The position numbers were made by a program, and so were the translations under genes. The notes beneath the pieces were generated by a model. It saw only the letters and a list, made by a program, of their open reading frames with translations, did no database searches and was not told the DNA's origin. From contig MCFE01000445.1 of assembly GCA_002104905.1 (NCBI GenBank), forward strand, positions 1 to 64,000: a DNA stretch of 64,000 nucleotides, written 5' to 3'. Position 1 is the first letter of the stretch, and each line of letters begins with the position of its first letter. Positions 27,801 through 38,637 of the stretch are shown one piece after another. The DNA comes from Basidiobolus meristosporus CBS 931.73. Taxonomy: Eukaryota; Fungi; Basidiobolomycota.

Positions 27801-28422
27801 CTGCACAAGCACAACGTAGCCACCGACACATGGCTTGTACTCTGTTTTCCGCTCTATTGTATATTGGTGGATTGAACCAATGATCGCCCACAGGCCGAGC
27901 AACCTCGAAGAAATCCCCCGACGAGTGGTTTATTTAAGATGGAAGGCATTCTTTATCGCGCCAATTCAATCATTACGTATCCTGCTCGTGTGACGTTGGG
28001 TGTTATTTGCTAATGAACAGACACATGGAACTCCAAGCACTGTTTGTTTCACATGGAAGCATTGCTGTCCTCAGGTCGTTTGGTAGGTAGCCTCACAAAT
28101 CCCCCTATCATCAGCCAATGAGATGCCCGCTTGTTGACTTGGGCCACTGCCGCAATGGATACACACCCCCAGCCCGGCATCTGATCAAGTAGGCCACTGT
28201 TCAAGTCGTCAGCTGTATCCAATATGACATCACAACAGAATATGTGAAAGGAAGTTGCCAAGAAAAAGAGCTTTGATCAAGAAGTGATTTGAAAGGCACA
28301 GACCAGCTACTATTTATTTGCAGACTATAAGCAAGAATATATGATATATCGAAGGGTTAGGGCGTATATGAAGGTTAGATTTACAGGAAAGCGACATGTG
28401 AGCAATGTGGTTCATACATAGT

Positions 28423-29115
28423 TCAAAATTGACTGGATTCCAGTGGAGCAAGTGTACAGTACTGATCGTTGACGAGAGGATGATTTATCCTTGGAAGTAG
28501 CTGTGATGCGTAATAGTCTCGGCAGGGGATCCTGATGGGTAGGAGTGCCGGTATAGCAGCCGGGGTTGGAGCGAATCCTGTCTGGAACACTGCATCCTTG
28601 GGCGTTGAGGGTTGGGTTGCCGGCCTGGACTCTGAGGAATTGGTGCTGATGGAGGGTCGTTTTGAGTCGGTTGATTCACTTTGGTGTGTGTGGACCTGCT
28701 TGTGTCGAGTGAGGGTAGTTTTGCGAGTAAACCTTTTGGAGCAACCAGGGAACTCGCAATTGTATGGTTTCTTCCCCGAATGGCTGCGTCTGTGCCGAGC
28801 CAGCGAAGACGAGTCACTGAAGGAGCGCCTACATGATTTGTAGTCGCATACATGAGGTCTCTCACCGGTATGTGTCCGAAGATGCACAGTTAGGGCCGAG
28901 CGTTGAATGAATGTCTTTTCACACAAAGGCCAGTTGCATCGGAAGGGTCTCTCGCCTGTGTGTATTCGTTGGTGGCGACAAAGATCCGATTTTCGAGAAA
29001 AGGATTTCGAGCAAGACTTTATGAGGCATGTGTACTTCCTAGAGTTTTTGGCTCGATTTGTGGCAAGGGGATTTACCGTGGATGATGAGGGGTTTAGTAT
29101 CAAAGAGATGTCCAT
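28423..29115 (-). CDS. Intronless transcription factor with four tandem C2H2 zinc fingers
   Basis: Four CxxxxC..HxxxH fingers with TGERP/TGERP/SGKKP linkers and helices [32 protein letters not shown]. The likely start is MDISLILNP at 29115; the ORF is open to 29247. Confidence 0.92.
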   Translation of the reverse strand: MDISLILNPSSSTVNPLATNRAKNSRKYTCLIKSCSKSFSRKSDLCRHQRIHTGERPFRCNWPLCEKTFIQRSALTVHLRTHTGERPHVCDYKSCRRSFSDSSSLARHRRSHSGKKPYNCEFPGCSKRFTRKTTLTRHKQVHTHQSESTDSKRPSISTNSSESRPATQPSTPKDAVFQTGFAPTPAAIPALLPIRIPCRDYYASQLLPRINHPLVNDQYCTLAPLESSQF

Positions 29116-30775
29116 AGTGCGATCGATTGATGGGTGGGATTTTTCTTGTGGTGCAATGGAGTAGATCGAGAGTCTTTTATAGCTCTGCAAGATGGGATTG
29201 AGGGGCCATCGACTACCCATGTGTTGAATGAATTGCGAACGAATCATTGATCATAGAAAGAATAGGATTGGTACTTTCAATCGCAAGAAGTCTGCCGATC
29301 ATCGTATTTGCCGATTTCATCATTGAAAGTAAGTGATGCCATTGGCATCTCAACATTACTTGGCAGTACTACGTATATAAGAATCTCAATCAGCTGGATC
29401 TCCATACGAATGGCCAATAGCCGAGTTGACGACTCCATTCTCGAGGTTACCACAATGGACCAAGCGATGGCATGCGGCGCTCAATCTTACATTTGGTCTG
29501 TTAGCATAGGTTGATTGGCAGTAAGGTGAAAATGGTTGCGAGGTCAATGGTCAAAGCAGATGCTCGGTATCGTATGAAGTAGACGCAAGAAAGCATGAGT
29601 CATTTCTAGTGTGCTCGATAGACTCGGTCTTGTGTGTCTGGCCCAATGAGTAATTTGGTATTGAGGGAATCGAGATGACCTTTTGACAAACAGGTTGTAC
29701 ACTTGAATGTTTCAAATATTAGGGAATCCATGTTCTCTTCCGTCGCCTAATATAGAGGCCCAATAAGGAATACGAAATAAATACTGGAAATAAGGCACCT
29801 TGGGCCGTTTCCTCTCATTCACCAAAGCAATAAAGTGATTTCGTCACATCTGTTGGCTATAATAAAGGTGGTTTCTGCGTCTACCGACAGTGCGAGCATC
29901 AAGTGGTGCTCATTGGCTTACCATCCACTGGCCATACGTTATTGTAGAATGTATTATTATGCAGTGAAACCAGGACTTTGACGATGGATCACTGATGGTG
30001 CTTTAGAATAGTATATTCCCATCGCTCTAAACATAAGAGCCCCATTAGGCAGTGAATCCTAAATCTCTAACCAGTCCTTCAATTACTGATGACCATCCTC
30101 ATATGCACCAGCTTGACAGTATTCTCTAGGGGAGCTCTGAGCGAGTTAGATCGTTAGGATAATTGCGCCAGGCTGGCATGATGTCATGATTGTGTTGTCT
30201 AAAACACATGTTAAACTACATTGTCTATTTCCTTTTATGGGCTATATTGTGCGCTTGTGCACTTGGTGCTTGTTCCTTATGATATAAAAATGATAAGTAC
30301 AAAATAGTTTTAGCTGGACCACAATTCGTATTGAACGGGTGTCATGAATATGTAAATATAGTAATCCACTGTATTTCAAAGTGATGTACCTGGGACCAAT
30401 GGCTATAGCATGAACTCTGACCACACAAATATGCCTCCAACGTGACACTGTATGCTCCAAAGACAATCCTTAGTACTGGATTCACCATGAATCCTAGTGA
30501 AGGTGTATATGCATGTATGATTGATGGATATTGGTGAACTTTGTATATATCAATTAACTTTGCACCAAGGTGGCTGCTAAAATTTTTTATTTATTTTTGT
30601 GCAAATGGATGCTAGCATCATCCAAAGCTGAGCCTTGAGATGCATCAATAGCCTTGCATGGTATGGATATCCTGATTTTCAAGGGTTGCAAGGGACTTTT
30701 TTAGTTGCACTACTACCTCTAGAATTTATTCAGACTTCAGTGTCTGGGATAGTTGAATCTGTTGAAATTCGTCAG

Positions 30776-32471
30776 CTACTTCTTCAGCAGTGGCTGGCGT
30801 TCTCCATCGGCGGGATTCTCTGAATCTACAATCCCTGCATTTTCAGATGTCCTCTCGATAACTGTAACTTCTTTTAGACGATTGTCACTTTTACGAATAA
30901 CCTTGATCTTGTTGTGTACTAAGGTGCACATTAACGCATGGTCATAGCCAATAAATACAACTCAAACATACCATCTATGTAGACATCGGTTTCATCAATG
31001 ATTTCCTGTGAAACTATTAGAAATGGGCCCATCAGTAGCGCATCAAGCTGTTGTTACCTCGCCTATAAGTTCTTCCATGACATCTTCGAGTGTTACCACT
31101 CCCTTTGCATGCCTCGTTTGATTTTCGAACTCCACCACCAACGCCATATGACCTGAAATATGTCAGTAGAGCATTCTACTGGGAATTTAAAGAAGTAATG
31201 TAATACATACTTTTCCCCTCCTGGAAGAAATTCAGGATATCCAGGCAAGATGTGTTTTGATTAGTTACTGGAAGGTTCCTTAACGTGAATTCCTTCACGG
31301 GAAGATTATCGTCAGGATCATATGAGATTAATTGCTTAACGAGCAGAACTCCGTAGAGGTTAGATCTGTCTCCTTCGTAGACTGGGATTCTGCTGTATCC
31401 CTTTCTTGTTATCTAAACCCTGCGTGTCAGTGAATAGCGGCAACTGAACTACCGCCTAATACTTACTTGATCCACAGTCTTTTGATCCAATATATGTTCA
31501 GAGCTCAAGATGAACACATCCTCGATGGGGGTCATGATGCGCGAGACTGGCTTCTCTGTAAGATCTAATACTGCTTGAATGATAGTAACCTCGTCAAGTG
31601 AGAGGTTTCCCATTCTACCAGTTTGGTGCAGGGATACCAGAGTCTTAAGCTCTGTTACACTAGTCATTAGCAACTGTACCATAGAATAGCTTGTGTTATC
31701 ATGATGTACCTGGTTTGCGGTAAGCCGTACCACGATCTTCGCCAAGACACCAATCTAGCAGGCGATACACAGGATATGTGATGATTCCTGTGATATACAT
31801 CAGTAGCTCTACAAACCTGCAAAATATATAAGTTACAAGCTCGGGCCCCATTCAAAGGAAGATCGCTGTATTCACCATGCTAAAGAAGCACCTATCGCGA
31901 GTCCGAATCGAACACACAGTGCTAAATCCAACGTAAGTCACCAGGAGCTTCTCATCTGTACAGAATGTGTTTGCTTGTTTACCTTGAGGTATCACTCTAT
32001 TATTATAGATGAGCAATTATTCAATCATACAAGATATATGGATTGTTTTGGTTACTTACTCTCCGAATATCACAATACATACAGTTGATATCAAGACGGC
32101 TTCCCATCCGCTACCAAAGACCGAGTCTATGATCACCGGAAGTGTTTCGTTAACTGCTACGTTAGATAAAAGCAAGGTGGCAAGGACCCAGTGTTTCCGT
32201 TTGTGGAGAATCTTGTACACCTTCTTGGCGTATTTCTTCTCTCTCCCTTCGCCACTTTCCATTAAGACTTCGAGATTGGTTTCGTCCAGACCCATCAAGC
32301 CAAGAGTCAGGCCTATGTGATTGCTATTCAGTGCATCTTGTATGAACAATGAGTGAAATCTCAAGGCAGTCACCGCCTACCAGCAAATAATCCGCCCAGG
32401 GCGACGAGGACGATGCTAATTCCCACCTTCCACCAAAATTCGAATGATCCTGGATCCACTTTTAACTCCAT
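30776..32471 (-). CDS. MAM3: CNNM/DUF21 + CBS-pair metal transporter (Mam3-like), multi-exon
   Basis: [30 protein letters not shown]|[104 protein letters not shown]|VHNKI..QPLLKK*. Confidence 0.92.
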
Positions 32472-33649
32472 TCTTGAACTATTGTGTCTTGGACTTGCGA
32501 AGGTTCCTAATCGGAAGAATATCTCACTCGGCTAGCATGATCTTTAGCTTAAATAGCCATAGTCTTCGGTTACTCATGACGTCAAGCTCTGTCAGGTATT
32601 CATTCAGCCACTTTCGGACAAACTCGAACTCAGATCGATGTGACGTAAGGGTATGAGGACAGCTAATCATCCCAGTGAACGGTGGAGGGCGATAATAGAG
32701 GTCTGGTATCGAATAGATTACCTTTCTCGACATCAAGCATAGCTACGCTGTGATGAAATGGGATTTCCATTGGCGTATACACTTTATGATGGCCAGAAGA
32801 AATCTAACTGAATGTGACAAATCAGCTCGAAATCAGATTGGCCTTGCAAGTCCAATATGAACAAAATCCTGCAGATCAGGATGATGACATTGACCCTGCT
32901 ATCAGACTAACCATCCGGCAGTTAGCTTGCCCATCCCGCCATATTTATGATGATGGATGCCTGAGTTGGTTACAGAATGACCTCAAGATGTCGGATTTGC
33001 ATTAGTGAATAATGATGTACTAGGTCGAATCTACACTTGTATTGAACTTGATTTCTTCGGATCCACGTGCTGGTATATTCATTTAGTTGGCATTGGAGAG
33101 GTGAATATGTTTAGAAAGGCAAGGTGAAGGTTGAGGGAGAAATCGACTTTTATGAAAAGTTCTTGATTTTTTGGAACAGATGTAACGTAACCTTGGCCCT
33201 TGATAAAGCGCCTATTATTTCAACATATTTGTAGAAGGCAGTCCAGTTGTAGCTGCAACGAGAAGTGAAATAAGACTTGTGAATACAGAAGATAAGTATG
33301 AATATACAACAAATCTAGCATTTACCCTAGGGCAATTAGAGCTGGGCGAATTCGTACGGGTACCCAACAGGTAATGTTGGGCAAATCTGTCATGACTATT
33401 CCTACAATGAGCAATTTATTCACGCTATAATAATTGTTGAATTCACGAAGACTGATTGGTGCAAATGCGTAACTAATCGTAGACAAAATGCTGTTAAGCT
33501 TAAAGAAAATAAAAGAAATGGTTCAGATGAAACCAAAAAGAAAATATCTTCTAAGGGCATATTTATGAGAAAGAGAAGCATGTACGAAGCTTAAACAAGA
33601 AATGCCAACAAACAAATGTACGCTTCTTCCCTTGGAGTGTAGTTACTTG

Positions 33650-34061
33650 TTATGAGATCTCCGGTATTTTTGAATTGCCTTCGCTGGTTTTCGAGCAGCT
33701 TTCCTCATCAGATACCTCGGCGTACATTTCCTCATTCAAGACGTCCTCCTCGGTAATTTTTAGTGATTTCCCGGTTCTACGTTTATGAATCTCTGAGGCT
33801 TTGTGAGCAGATTTCAAGCGTCCTTCCAGTGGACGATCCTACGAAAATAATATACGAATTAGCTGGAAATTCACTTGCTAAGCCTTCAAGGAGGCAAGTA
33901 TATTCACTCCACGATGACTAGCCGCAATGTATGCCCGTTCTTGATTTTCTAGATAGGATTGAACGACAAATGTCTTAGACAAATGGAAACAGTGTACCGA
34001 AATACGTAAACATTTCACCTTCATGCGTTCTTGAACTCTGCCGAGTAACTGAGCGAGACAT
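33650..34061 (-). CDS. 90-aa three-exon microprotein with a conserved uncharacterised fungal motif (QERAYIAAS..DR.LE.R..SA..ASEIHKRRTG..L.ITEE.V.NEEMY)
   Basis: Exons 34061-34019, 33948-33908 and 33838-33650, with GT-AG introns of 70 and 69 bp. They splice in frame to MSRSVTRQSSRTHEENQERAYIAASHRGDRPLEGRLKSAHKASEIHKRRTGKSLKITEEDVLNEEMYAEVSDEESCSKTSEGNSKIPEIS*. The gene is not in the ORF track. Confidence 0.85.
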
Positions 34062-34328
34062 GGAATGTGACAACGTGTAATAACTATAATCCGAACCAAA
34101 AAAACTTTCCAAAGTATTTTGTTGCATTTCTGTTCTATTTTGTTGTTAGCTAGGCCCTTTGCTATTCACTCCGCGTCACTCTTATACTGATGTACGTGCC
34201 GGTAGCATTTCATCCTGAGGGCTCCTTCATTTTAAAAGAATTCAACTGACGTGGTGGAAAGTCACAAATTTAATCAAGAGCGAACAATGTAGATAAAACC
34301 TAGATAGCCCAAAATATGAGTAAATGTA

Positions 34329-34938
34329 TTACCCTTCATGGTAATTCTGTTGCTTAGAATAAGGAACTTTGAATGCTTTGTTGATAATGTTCAATGTCAT
34401 TGCATCTGTCTTTTTATCACTAACAATTTGATGTTGGATCTGAAACACTCCCTCCTCATGTATGGAACCATGGTATGATTCATTGAATTTTGCGCTTTTA
34501 CTCTCGGATCATAGAATCTCCCATCTTGGTAGTCGGGAACAAGGCTTTGTTGGTTGATTTCAAATGTAGCCAAGGAGCACATGGTACCTAGAGAAAAAAT
34601 AGATCCTAATGAGTCAGGTCCCATTTTCTTTAAGCGACGAGCAATAGCCATTTACCATTTGTAAGCGACGATATTCCGGAGGGTCCATTGAAATTGATGT
34701 CATGCGGTATACCCAGTGGGTCAAAGCAAATGCCTAAGACAGTTATGCTTGCTGAACATATTCAATAATAATGATCCGTCTGCAAAGGGCTGGTGGCAGC
34801 CATAATTTGATCCCCATTGGCATCAGCACCCTGCCCAGTGAATTCTTGGCCTGCAGCTTGGATGTCACGAGCTCGTGATTCTTCATACAACCCCGAATGC
34901 ACACACATACACATCACCGAGTTGATTATTCTCAACAT
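34329..34938 (-). CDS. Hypothetical multi-exon protein of unknown function
   Basis: An internal 78-nt exon (34733-34656, GICFDPLGIPHDINFNGPSGISSLTN) is followed by a clean 68-nt intron (GTAAAT..CCTGAC..CTCTAG) that keeps frame into GTMCSLATFEINQQSLVPDYQDGRFYDPR. The terminal exons and start are uncertain. Confidence 0.4.
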
Positions 34939-35235
34939 ATGCTGCGCTTGGCCAATCCTTGGGTGATCAATAATTAAATGAGGCAATCAACTTGATCATT
35001 ATGTAAGGCCTGTTACAAACACACCTATCATCAATAAGTGATTCATTCAGCGCAGCCTATGAGTGGGTTAGGGTTGGTATGATAGTGCTTGCTGATCTCA
35101 CAAGTATGTGAATAATAATGATTAATTGCTAGATAGTGCTTATATCCTGCGAATTTGATATATAAAGATGCCTTGAAATCCCGACCACCATCACCTCCTT
35201 TTATTGTTAAACTTTTGAGAGATATCAACTTGATT

Positions 35236-35539
35236 ATGAAATTTCAATTAACCATACTACTTGGCGTTATGTTGGCCTCTGGGTAAACACCAGGATCTTT
35301 GTTCGATAGTAGAATCCTCTTACTAATGTTCTTGCAGCTGTACTTACGCAGGTGAAATAATGGATCGTTTACGTAGTCAGCAAGAGCAATTACCTTACAA
35401 ATACAGTCACGTCGGAAACTTAAAAAGACGTAGCGACGAATCGATACAACAGTCCAAATTTAGAGAAGCCTTGTCGGCGCAGATGGAACACACTAAGTTC
35501 AAGTACAATTTTAAGGAAGTGGAGCCTGAAAGGAAATAG
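35236..35539 (+). CDS. Putative 82-aa secreted prepro-peptide, 2 exons
   Basis: Exon 35236-35282, a 55-nt intron (GTAAAC..TACTAAT..TTGCAG), then exon 35338-35539. Product: MKFQLTILLGVMLASGCTYAGEIMDRLRSQQEQLPYKYSHVGNLKRRSDESIQQSKFREALSAQMEHTKFKYNFKEVEPERK*. It has a hydrophobic N-terminus and an internal KRR. Confidence 0.55.
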
Positions 35540-38337
35540 GGCCCCGGCTATGCGATTTTGAGGTGGAGTTGTTTACATTCCCCGTTGTAAGTTATACGAA
35601 ATGATTCTCCTTCACGAATTAGTAACTTTAAATAGTCAGTTCTGGTTACTTCAAACAATAAATATCTTTGGGCTCAGCCTGTCGAGCTTTTCGGCCACTT
35701 GTAAGTGCTAGGTAACTAGGGTTGTATCTTAACAAATTAGCGAGTTTCATGAGTTGGACCTTGGCCTTGCAGTGAATACAGATGTGATGCGGTTTGTTGT
35801 GGACAGGTTTTACGACTTACATTATATGTGATAAAATCGAATATCACAGAACTATGCAACATAGGAAATTTAACGAGAGACCTACATCAACCTGTAGAAC
35901 CTTGTTCCATCAGTTCTTTATGTTACTGAAAACAGTGACCATTATCTGGTCATCGGAAGCAGTACCAGAGTTGGGCTAGGATATTGGTGCTTACTCTCCA
36001 TGACATTTGTAAGCAGTACTGAATCACCATCGAGCTAATATGCCATGGAAGTGTAAATAACGGCCAGTTAGGTCAAATAGCACACATTAATTAATCTTCA
36101 ACTGACTGGTATTGCGTGTCTCCAACTCCATAGCTGGATCCTCAATATAGCCAGATATGTGTGCTGCAGTACTCCCAAGTTAAACTGACGTAAGAATTCC
36201 GGCACCCATTGCATTGAACAGTCCTTGTATTGGAGTTGTCAGACATTCCTACCAAAGCTACTCGAAATACGGATTCTTGATGGGTGAACCAAATCCCACA
36301 AGCTTAAACTATTTTGGTGACACTGGCCGCTCTGACATCGACTCATCATTAAATGGGTTTATCATCACCAAAACTAAATTCCTTGCCGAAATTTCGATTA
36401 TCTTGGACGGATTTAGACCAGATAATATAACATGACTCACCATTAGGTGGTCAGGTGTATCTTGCTTAGCTACGGCCCACCTTTAACGAAACCATTGATT
36501 AGTTGGCATCCGCCTCTAGGTAACCACTGCGTACTCAGGCGGCAATTTTGAAATACACCTACAGCACATCAAGCCTGCAGAACCCATGATCCCAATTTAA
36601 TCAAGTCACTCAGGATCACGGCCTGCGGTCCGGGCTTCTGAAGATATACTGATCTTGATGTTGGATCGATTCACTCCCCCAGACGCATCAACTGACTCTT
36701 ATCATGAGCAAAAGCTCAGCACTGTTACTCGTGATATTGGTGGATACGATGAATCGTATCGATATGGTTCTTGGGAGAAATTCCCTAGATCCGTCGCCGC
36801 TAACCCCATCACTCCAGCCAACTACTCTCCCAGTTCGTCTGGCTACATTATCATTGATCAAGGTGATTTGTTGCGTCGTTGATGATTGATGGTGTGGGAC
36901 CGGTTAATTTAAATATCACCTGGGAGCCACTTGAAATCTCCAACCAATATTGCTCTGTTTGGTAAGATGCCCCAGTGATTTTACAAATATCACCTCGTGA
37001 GGTTGTAGTTGGCAACAGGTTTTCCACCGGTGGATTTATTTGGATGGATTTTAGAAGCAGCCAGAGCCCAATAGATTGTGGCATGAAGCCAGACAATCAC
37101 AGTACACCCCGTTTGCTCCATTCTAGTGGATGCAGCTGGGTTAGCCCCAGTGGTTGCTGAATTAAGCAAGCCCTTCTGAAGTTCGGCTTGTGTGTACATA
37201 GCCGAGGCTGGCCATCAAGACATTGCACGATTCCATAACATCCTCCTCCAAAAATAGCGCAGATCCAACTCAGAAACCTAGCTCACCATTGCTGCTCAGA
37301 TCAATGAAAATATCACCCGTTGAGCCGTCAAAGGCCCCAATCACTTGGGGTATTCGGATAATCCTGGTGCTCTCGAGCTTTTCACCTCAGCCCATGCAAA
37401 CTTAATCATGTTGAAGTAACAGATGATGTCTTTGAGCTATGACCCATGAGGCGTTGGGTAGATAGTTGCTATATCCCGTCTGGGCGTGCTCCCTACTCGA
37501 TGCCACTCACTTGTGAAGGCGGAGTGATGCCTATCTCCCATTCGAAAGAATCCTGTTGGGTAGGTGGGCTCGTTTATTCACACTTGGAATGTGGCTCATC
37601 ATACACCCTCAGGTGGCTCAGTATCACAAAGGAGTAAGTATGACGGGCAGAAAGTTCTCTGGCACCACATACCTCCTTATGTTAGAGATTTGGCTAAGGA
37701 ACCAAATGAGAACATATGCACACATACAAGATTCCCAACCGCACCAGCTTTCAAGAAAAATGACTGGAGGGCGAGCCTGTTAGAAATGGCCGTAGGCGAA
37801 TTATCCGGTATTTGAAATCCACGGTACCCTAATTCTGCATCGTTTCAGAATTCTGGTCGCTGATAGGTGAATTCGAGGGAAAGGACATAGTGCGATTGTT
37901 CCATTGAGCTTCAAGAGTCATCAAAAAATCGAATTCCATTATGTCATATTGTTGGCAATCTTTCCTCACAAGCATTGTATTAGCCATACAGTTCTAGTTA
38001 TAGCGTTTTACTCTGATTTGAAACTGAGAACATATCCAAGGTATTGCTGATCCCAGCAGTGACAACCTTTATCCGCTGATCCGCAGATCCAGGTAACCTA
38101 TGGCTCACACAATAGGGTGCATGCTCAGGTCCCTATATCTTTGTGATCTAATGCTCCAGACCTGGAGGATTTGGCGGAAAATCTATGGATTTATTAGGTG
38201 CCATTCGGTTGGTACAAATACCCTTCAATGGCCACCTTATTCCTCAACCACTTCTCACTCATATTTTTTGTAAAGTCCAAGGTCGGAGACATCATTCAAT
38301 TTGTAAACCTCTGAAGACAAAGTCCTCATTATTTCTA

Positions 38338-38637
38338 ATGGCCACTGTATCAAACTACATCCCACCTGCCCGCTTCAACACTGTTTCTCCTTTCGAAGGT
38401 CCTGTCCGTTTTGTTGACCGCTTGAAACATGACCCTGTTCTCCAAATTATGGCAGATATTGGCAAGCAAAGCCAGCCAGATACCAGAAGGGCCGTTCTAA
38501 GTGCTGAGGCAACAGCCTACCAGGAGCAGACCTTCGCGCAGCAACCGGCTACTGGCGAGCAAGCAGCCCCTCAATTCCGACGACCCGATGTCCCCTCAAA
38601 GTCCAGCCACTCAACCTTGTGCAAGTCGCAGAAGTGA
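38338..38637 (+). CDS. Hypothetical protein (99 aa, or first exon of a longer gene)
   Basis: The ATG follows an AT/pyrimidine-rich leader. MATVSNYIPPARFNTVSPFEGPVRFVDRLKHDPVLQIMADIGKQ looks coding-like, but no family is recognised. Confidence 0.4.
   Translation: MATVSNYIPPARFNTVSPFEGPVRFVDRLKHDPVLQIMADIGKQSQPDTRRAVLSAEATAYQEQTFAQQPATGEQAAPQFRRPDVPSKSSHSTLCKSQK

Noticed and set aside
35272-35341. LASG-C as a bacterial lipobox
   Set aside because: The -3 residue does not fit, and the motif is split by a spliceosomal intron in a eukaryotic gene.
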